From contig NIVC01002589.1 of assembly GCA_002269645.1 (NCBI GenBank), positions 8,783 to 72,782 on the forward strand: a DNA stretch of 64,000 bases, given 5' to 3'. How positions within the stretch are numbered: position 1 is the stretch's first letter; each line of letters opens with the position of its first letter. The notes below the pieces were generated by a model, which saw only the letters and a list, made by a program, of their open reading frames with translations, searched no databases and was not told the DNA's origin. Origin of the DNA: Macrostomum lignano (taxonomy: Eukaryota). Positions 47,970 to 64,000 of the stretch are shown here, one piece after another. The position numbers were made by a program, and so were the translations under genes.

Positions 47970-56848
<8,879 letters not shown>

Positions 56849-57394
56849 ACTGACTCTTGATCGATCACGTGCTCATTGTAATAAAAAGTCTGAACGGGCA
56901 AGCAGTTTTTGCGCAGGAGAAACACCAGCATGCCCAAGTATCACTCAGCCCAATTCGAAATTGGCCACGACCTGTGTGTACAAAATTGAGGTCGGCCACC
57001 GATGCAAGCTGGAGAGCCGGAGCCTCATCAAGTGGCCCGGTATGCCTAATCATACTATTAGCTTTATACTAAAAACATTGTTGACTGACGGGCGGCGAAA
57101 TGACGGATCTGTTTGCTCAGGCCGAGCCTTTAACTCGATATTTTTTTAACTGAAATGTTGTGGTCTCTGATTAGCGATTAGCATAAGCACACGCTGGTTC
57201 ATTGAGAACAATTGATTAGCACAATAGAGTGAAACGACTGCTCGATTGAAGCTTTTTATTTTTTGCGCTTTGTTCTGATGCAACTGCTTTTAGAAATGCT
57301 TTTTTAAGCTGGACTTCAAGTTGCTTCACTTTGGAATTGTTCGACCTTATTTTCATAAAAAATCTTCTATACACTAAAAATCGATTGCTTCTTG

Positions 57395-58245
57395 GTTTCT
57401 AATGGCAGTGTGTGGGTTTCTAATGGCAGTGTGTGGGTTTCTAATGGCAGTGTGTGGGTCTCTAATGGCAGTGTGTGGGTTTCTTGTGGCAGTGTTTGGG
57501 TTTCTAATGGCAGTGTGTGGGTTTCTTGTGGCAGTGTTTGGGTTTCTAATGGCAGTGTGTGGGTTTCTTGTGGCAGTGTTTGGGTTTCTAATGGCAGTGT
57601 GTGGGTTTCAAATGGCAGTGTGTGGGTTTCAAATGGCGGTGTGTGGGTTTTAATGGCGGTGTGTGGGTTTCTAATGGCGGTGTGTGGGTTTCTAATGGCA
57701 GTGTGTGGGTTTCTTGTGGCAGTGTGTGGGTTTCAAATGGCAGTGTGGGTTTCTAATGGCAGTGTGTGGGTTTCTAATGGCAGTGTGTGGGTTTCTAATG
57801 GCAGTGTGTGGGTTTCAAATGGCGGTGTGTGGGTTTTAATGGCGGTGTGTGGGTTTCTAATGACAGTGTGTGGGTTTCTAATGACAGTGTGTGGATTTCT
57901 AATGGCAGTGTGTGGGTTTCTAATGGCAGTGTGTGGGTTTCTAATGGCACTGTGTGTGGGTTTCTAATGATGATTTGTGGGTTTCTAATGGCATTGTGTA
58001 TGGGTTTCTAATGGCATAATTAAGGTTTATAATGGTTTTGTTTGGGTTTCTATTGGCGATATGTGGATTTCTAGTGGCATTTTGTGGGTTTCTAATGGCG
58101 ATTTGTGGATTTCTAGAGGCATTGTATGGGCTTCTAATGGTGGTTTGTGTGTTTCTAATGGTTTGTGGGTTTCTAATTGCAGTGTGTGGGTTCTATTATA
58201 CAATGTGTTGGTTATATATTACAGTGTGTGGGTTCTATATCACAG
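57395..58245. repeat. 21-bp minisatellite (~40 units), decaying rightwards
   Basis: Unit gtttctaatggcagtgtgtgg. Confidence 0.93.
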
Positions 58246-58606
58246 TGTACTTAGGCTTTCAAGATTTAAACAACCTTTCGCCGAATTAAATCTTACTTTG
58301 TTACTAGCAGTAGTGCTTAAAAAGTATCTTTGGTATTATAAAAAACATGATTTAAAATGCCAAAATAAAAAAATTAATTCCATATGGAATTCGACAAAAA
58401 TCCAGTTCAATTTTTTAGTGCCAGGTGGTTAATGATCTCTTAAACTTTTTTTTCACACAGGGACACAAATTTTTGTTATACTTGCAAGTCGATTATAAAA
58501 AAATTTATTTGAAAAAATCGTGACGAATTCGGTAACAGACGTAGCGGAGGAACTTTGTTTTACTTAGGTGGAGACGAGTTTTTTTCCGGTGTTTTCAAAT
58601 CGCATC

Positions 58607-58614
58607 TATATAAG
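58607..58614 (+). promoter_or_regulatory. TATA box upstream of the ASPEETT-repeat gene
   Basis: TATATAAG ~85 nt upstream of the ATG at 58696. Confidence 0.45.
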
Positions 58615-58695
58615 TCTGACTGGAAAGTCTCTCAGACTTAGTTGACACTGTTTGACTTTCTGCCAAATTTTAAGCCTTTGTTTTTTTATCTGAAT

Positions 58696-59358
58696 ATGGC
58701 TTCTCCAACCCGATCTCTTCTACTGCAGTGTCTGCTGCTTGTCTGTCTGCTCAGCTTTGCCACCTCAGCTGCTTTGGACGCTTTGCCTGCTCAAAACGGG
58801 GCGCCGAAAGCGACTGAGGAAACTACCGCTTCGCCGGAGGAAACTACCGCTTCGCCGGAGGAAACTACCGCTTCGCCGGAGGAAACTACCGCTTCGCCGG
58901 AGGAAACTGCCGCTTCGCCGGAGGAAACTACCGCTTCGACAGAGGAAACTACCGCTTCGCCGGAGGAAACTACCGCTTCGCCGGAGGAAACTACCGCTTC
59001 ACCGGAGGAAACTACCGCTTCGACGGAGGAAATTACCGCTTCACCGGAGGAAACTACCGCTTCGCCGGAGGAAACTACCGCTTCACCGGAGGAAACTACC
59101 GCTTCGCCGGAGGAAACTACCGCATCGCCAGAGGAAACTACCACTCCGCCACCGGAAACTACCACCGAGCAAAACAAACCGAACCGACATAAATGGCATG
59201 GAAAAGAGCCCAGGCGCGTCGGCTGGCGCCATCATCATGGCCCGCCGCCTGCCAAGGGAAGGAAGGAGCCCCCGCACCATTCGCGAGAGGAGCGTTATGA
59301 CCGCAGTGACCGCTTTGACCGCTTTCATCGCAATGAGCTTTTTTCATTCGAAACATAA
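58696..59358 (+). CDS. Secreted mucin-like protein, 220 aa: signal peptide, 15 x ASPEETT, His/Arg-rich tail
   Basis: MASPTRSLLLQCLLLVCLLSFATSA is signal-like; frame-preserving 21-bp repeats follow. TATA upstream and AATAAA at ~59489. No homolog recognised. Confidence 0.72.
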   Translation: MASPTRSLLLQCLLLVCLLSFATSAALDALPAQNGAPKATEETTASPEETTASPEETTASPEETTASPEETAASPEETTASTEETTASPEETTASPEETTASPEETTASTEEITASPEETTASPEETTASPEETTASPEETTASPEETTTPPPETTTEQNKPNRHKWHGKEPRRVGWRHHHGPPPAKGRKEPPHHSREERYDRSDRFDRFHRNELFSFET

Positions 59359-59720
59359 GAAGCAGCAATTCTTCCAAGGAGGTCCATCTGAGAGACAAAA
59401 TGCAGAGATGCAGTTCAAAGGTGTTCACTGCTCAGTGACTATATAGATATCGATCAGCTATTATTTTGGTGTTGGGATCATTATTGCTAAATAAAATTTG
59501 CCTACGTGTGTCCAGTCTGAGGCTTGGGAGTTTGAGAGATATTGAGATAAATGTAGATTCATTTATTCCTATAGAATTTCTTTCTTTCGTCTTTTCTTCG
59601 TTAATAAAGGAAACGACAGAAGTAGATATCTCAGATGTAGAGTAGATGTCTCAGGTGTAGAGTAGATAGCTCAGGTGTAAAGTAAATAGCTCAGGTGTGT
59701 GTAGAGTAGATTAGAGTAGA

Positions 59721-60690
59721 TTACACCACAGAGGACTACACCACATGAAACTGCACCACATGAAACTACACCACAGAGAACTACACCACATGAAACTGCA
59801 CCACATGAAACTACACCACAGAGGACTACACCACATGAAACTACACCACATGAAACTACACCACAGAGGACTACACCACATGAAACTACACCACAGAGGA
59901 CTACACCACATGAAACTAAACCACATGAAACTACACCACATGAAACTACACCACATGAAACTACACCACATGAAACTGCACCACATGAAACTACACCACA
60001 GAGGACTACACCACATGAAACTACACCACATGAAACTACACCACAGAGGACTACACCACATGAAACTACACCACAGAGGACTACACCACATGAAACTAAA
60101 CCACATGAAACTACACCACATGAAACTACACCACATGATACTACACCACATGAAACTACACCACAGAGAACTACACCACATGAAACTACACCACATGAAA
60201 CTACACCACATGATACTACACCACATGAAACTACACCACAGAGAACTACACCACATGAGACTACACCACATGAAACTACACCACATGATACTACACCACA
60301 TGAAACTACACCACAGAGAACTACACCACATGAAACTACACCCCATGAAACTACACCACATGATACTACACCACATGAAACTACACCACAGAGAACTACA
60401 CCACATGAGACTACACCACATGAAACTACACCACATGATACTACACCACATGAAACTACACCACAGAGAACTACACCACATGAAACTACACCACATGAAA
60501 CTACACCACATGAAACTACACCACATGAAACTACACCACAGAGAACTACACCACAGAGAACTACACCACATGAAACTACACCACATGAAACTACACCACA
60601 GAGAACTACACCACATGAAACTACACCACATGTACTACACCACATGAAAATACACCACATGATACTACACCACATGTACTACACTACACT
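59721..60690. repeat. 15-bp minisatellite (~63 units)
   Basis: Unit ctacaccacatgaaa with cagagga/cagagaa/catgata variants. Confidence 0.96.
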
Positions 60691-61718
60691 ACTATCGAAC
60701 ACGATAGGGATGAAGGAGTTTAAATGCTAACTCGATTTGACAGATTGAGGATGGTTTTGCTTCGCTCGAATCGCTTCGCTTCGCTGCACCAGCTTAGTGA
60801 CAAAGTGACCAGACACGAACGCGACCCCGTGTTACATTGTTAGTGGACGTTGTTTCATTTTTAAGGCTGCAAGAGACCGGAAGTCTGGTGCACAGATAAC
60901 TAGAATAACTATAGATGGGGCCACTCAGCACATTTGCGCCCAACCTACTTTTAGTTCAGTATTCTCGTAGTACGAGCTAAGTTAAACTGAAGTATTTAAT
61001 GTACTTTTAAAGACCAGGCTCATTTATTGGCTTTTAACCCCCCCGCCCCAGCTTAAACCCTCAAACAGAACCTCTACCCCTGCCCCGCCACCCAATTTTT
61101 ATTGCCTTCCCTGATTGTTCCAGCCTAAAGCTGCCATGTACATTTCAGTGGACTGGCCAATGTACATTATTGCTGAACCAATTAGCAAGCTGTTTACGCC
61201 TGCAAGCTTCGGCTTCTAAGCTTATCAAAGTCATTTCAGCCGCCTTTATTTTTCTAAATGCCATCTGTATTTTTCATTCCTACTGAACTGAAAGTAGAAA
61301 GCTGTTTTGCTAAGTATACATGCCTGAGTGGCCTACCCCCTTATCAAATCTGAGGCGAAAAAAATCGATTAGCATTTTAATTTCGGTAAATCAGCATTCA
61401 ATTTAAACAAAACTTTTCGTGAACTGAATTATGGAGCCAGATGCAGGGAGACATTACAGAGAAATCAAAGGTATCCAGTGTGCCAATGAAGAAATGAAAT
61501 GTTTTTGCAGGCTTAATCTAATTCATAGTTTTTGAAGCAACGAACCAAGAAAAATCAATAAAACTTCGAAACCTTCTTACTAGCAAAATCTAATATATTA
61601 GACACAGTAGAACTCATAACTGATTTTGCATAGAAAAATAATGGGTTCAACGCAAAGTTACACCAAGATCGATTATGTCAATGTAAAAGGCATTGATGCA
61701 TTCTAAAGACACCAAGTG

Positions 61719-62903
61719 TTAGTCATGTCGGTGACGAGGGCTGTAATCAGGACGCCGGTAATGTTGACGGTGTGATCTGTAATCAGGGCTTCGTTCGTGA
61801 TGTCGGTGACGAGATCTGTAATCAGGGCTTCGTTCGTGATGTCGGTGACGAGATCTGTAATCAGGGCTTCGTTCGTGATGTCGGTGCCGAGATCTGTAAT
61901 CAGGGCTTCGTTCGTGATGTCGGTGACCAGATCTGTACTCAGGGCGTTGGTAATGTCGTCGACGTGATCTGTACTCAGGGCGTTGGTAATGTCGGCGACG
62001 AGATCTGTACTCAGGGCTGGTAATGTCGGCGACGAGATCTGTACTCAGGGCGTTGGTAATGTCGGCGACGAGATCTGTGGTCAGTATGACGGAATTCGAC
62101 CTGAGGTATTTTATCACTTTTGTTTTTATTCGTATGATCCATAGTCTTTGTTTGAGCTAATTGCTTAGCTATGACTTCAGAAGGTCGAATAATGGTCTTT
62201 TCTGGTGGCCGTGCAGCAGCAGCTGGTGGAGCAGTGGCTTCGGCTGGTAGAGCAGGGGCTTTAGCTGGCAGAGCAGGGGCTTTAGCTGGCAGAGCAGGGG
62301 CTTTAGCTGGCAGAGCAGGGGCTTTAGCTGGCAGAGCAGGGGCTTTAGCTGGCAGAGCAGGGGCTTTAGCTGGCAGAGCAGGGGCCTTAGCTGGCAGAGC
62401 AGGGGCTTTAGCTGGCGCAGGGCTTTAGCTGGCAGAGCAGGGGCTTTAGCTGGCAGAGCAGGGGCCTTAGCTGGCAGAGCAGGGGCCTTAGCTGGCAGAG
62501 CAGGGGCTTTAGCTGGCAGAGCAGGGGCTTTAGCTGGCAGAGCAAGGGCTTTAGCTGGCAGAGCAGGGGCCTTAGCTGGCAGAGCAGGGGCCTTAGCTGG
62601 CAGAGCAGGGGCTTTAGCTGGCAGAGCAGGGGCTTTAGCTGGCAGAGCAGGGGCCTCAGCTGGGCGATGCACATTCTTGTTGGCTGAAGCTGCTGAAATC
62701 ACAGTGCGATTATTTACAAGCACGTGGAGCTGTTTAGCTGGTTTAACATGTTGTTGTAAACCATTTGCTGCGTTGCGGATGTCAGAACCATCACCAGCTG
62801 AGCCGGAGATCCTACTTAACGGAGCCGAGTTGACACAGCTGGCAATGCACAGGATGATAAGATAAACACACAGGTGAGGTCTCTGCAGGACAGTCTGTGC
62901 CAT
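61719..62903 (-). CDS. Secreted repeat protein (~396 aa if repaired): signal peptide, ~19 x APALPAK, ~9 x RS(R/G)(R/H)RH(Y/H)..P(E/D)Y; broken by two small deletions as assembled
   Basis: MAQTVLQRPHLCVYLIILCIASCVNSA is signal-like. One 21-bp unit lacks 4 nt (~62416-62422) and one 36-bp unit lacks 2 nt (~62017). Restoring them gives a continuous frame through ..RPPEKTIIRPSEVIAKQLAQTKTMDHTNKNKSDKIPQVEFRHTDHRSRRRHYQRPEY.. to the stop at 61719. Confidence 0.65.
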
Positions 62904-63369
62904 GCTGTTTGGTTTCAACTTTTTGTGTCGGAAAGAAGTTGTTTTAGCGCACTTGTGAGCTGTGTTTAAAACCTGTTTTTGTCTTCCAAAATGGTTGAAC
63001 GAAAGCTTTTAATTCGTGTCCCGATGGCACACAATGTCACGCAAACTAGCCATAAAATTTATTGTAGCTTGAGTTGAGTCTGAAATTCGCATAACCAGCT
63101 GTGAATTCATTTCTCATTGCTTTCTCCTTTCAACAAAGTTTTTGAAACTTTTCTCTGTTTGTTTCACCTCTGCAAAGCTATGATTACTGCACTTGCGTCA
63201 CGTTCAGATTTCGGAGGTCGTTGCAAAAATCACCTGTTCGGCAATGAAAAATCCAAAGCAAAATCTTAACCTAAAAATAAAACCTGACGAATTCAGCCGG
63301 ATCAGCATTGTCAAAGTTTTTATTGCAAGAGAGCTTTGTCAGCATTTGAAACTGTTTAACATCGAAAAG

Positions 63370-64000
63370 ATGAGATTTTTAAAGACAATTTCGTCCGTTT
63401 TACTGCTGAGTGTCGCAGCAGCAGCAGCTGCTGCTGTTGCAATCGACAGTGCATTTGACGATATCAGCAGCCAGTGGACGGCTGACTCAGGGTCGGCATC
63501 AAGGTGGGACGAAGACTTCGAGAAAGAATTCAGCAATCGTTTTGGAATCTCTCGACCGAGGCGCTCGGACTCAGTGGAAAAAGCGACGAGTTTTAGGGTT
63601 GGAAAAGGGGCAGAGAAAAGGCCCGGCTTTAAAAACTGGAAGTTTGATGCGAGACATCACGAAAGGGACGTCGCGAACACGGCAGACGCGAAGAAGAACG
63701 TCGCGAACACGGCAGACGCGGAGAGGGACGTCGCGAACACGGCAGACGCGGAGAGGGACGTCGCCAACACGGCAGACGTGGAAAAGAACGTCGCGAACAC
63801 GCAGACAGGAGAGGGACGTCGCGAACATGACAGACGTGGAAAGGACGTCGCGAACATGGCAACGCGAGAGGGACGGCGAACAGCGGCAGACGCGGAAAAG
63901 GACATCGCCAACACAGCAGACGTGGAAAAGAACGTCGCGAAACGACGGCAGACGAGGAAAGGGACGTCGTGAACATGACAGACGTGGAAAGGGACGTCGC
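63370..64000 (+). CDS. Secreted repeat protein, 3' end outside the window or disrupted: signal peptide, acidic/basic linker, 10-aa (E/K)(R/K)(D/N)VANTAD(A/V) repeats
   Basis: MRFLKTISSVLLLSVAAAAAAAVA is signal-like; 30-bp repeats start at 63661. Several 1-2-nt indels after ~63800 may be sequence errors. Confidence 0.6.

Noticed and set aside
59671-60675. MKLHH, CGVVS and MWCSF repeat ORFs
   Set aside because: No signal peptide or unique domain; they arise from the 15-bp period. Only the Thr/Pro frame was kept as a hypothesis.
63540-63660. Neuropeptide precursor reading (SFRVGK, RPRR, KR sites)
   Set aside because: Only one potential amidation site and no repeated peptide; the downstream repeats lack cleavage motifs.

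Overview
Eukaryotic (metazoan) genomic DNA. By my estimate about 54% of it is tandem repeat, spread over more than 20 distinct arrays. The mix of GC-rich compact genes, AT-rich spacers and abundant mini/microsatellites resembles a Macrostomum-type flatworm genome; this is inference only. Genes supported by the sequence: (1) two near-identical intronless SUMO genes in head-to-head inverted orientation, each flanked by the same pair of minisatellites, with small non-autonomous DNA transposons in the spacer; (2) a co-oriented minus-strand run of a METTL24-like double-domain methyltransferase, a 4-exon HINT3 that the ORF track does not assemble, and a 2-exon DTD1; (3) an intronless ARHGAP11A-like RhoGAP; (4) a cluster of three signal-peptide, repeat-rich proteins at 58.7-64 kb. 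The most notable finding is in HINT3: the exon carrying the catalytic histidine triad is duplicated as two frame-incompatible, apparently mutually exclusive exons. These follow a GC-AG intron and sit between two minisatellites. The 35-57 kb block is a (GACA)n / 238-bp higher-order satellite / 8.9-kb (GACA)n domain. It is bounded by a 16-bp inverted repeat, carries a recurring GTGGACC motif, and has a ~420-bp microsatellite variant block duplicated 19.6 kb apart. The very long ORFs in the track are repeat artefacts. I found no rRNA, tRNA or CRISPR features. Repeat boundaries and copy numbers are manual estimates.
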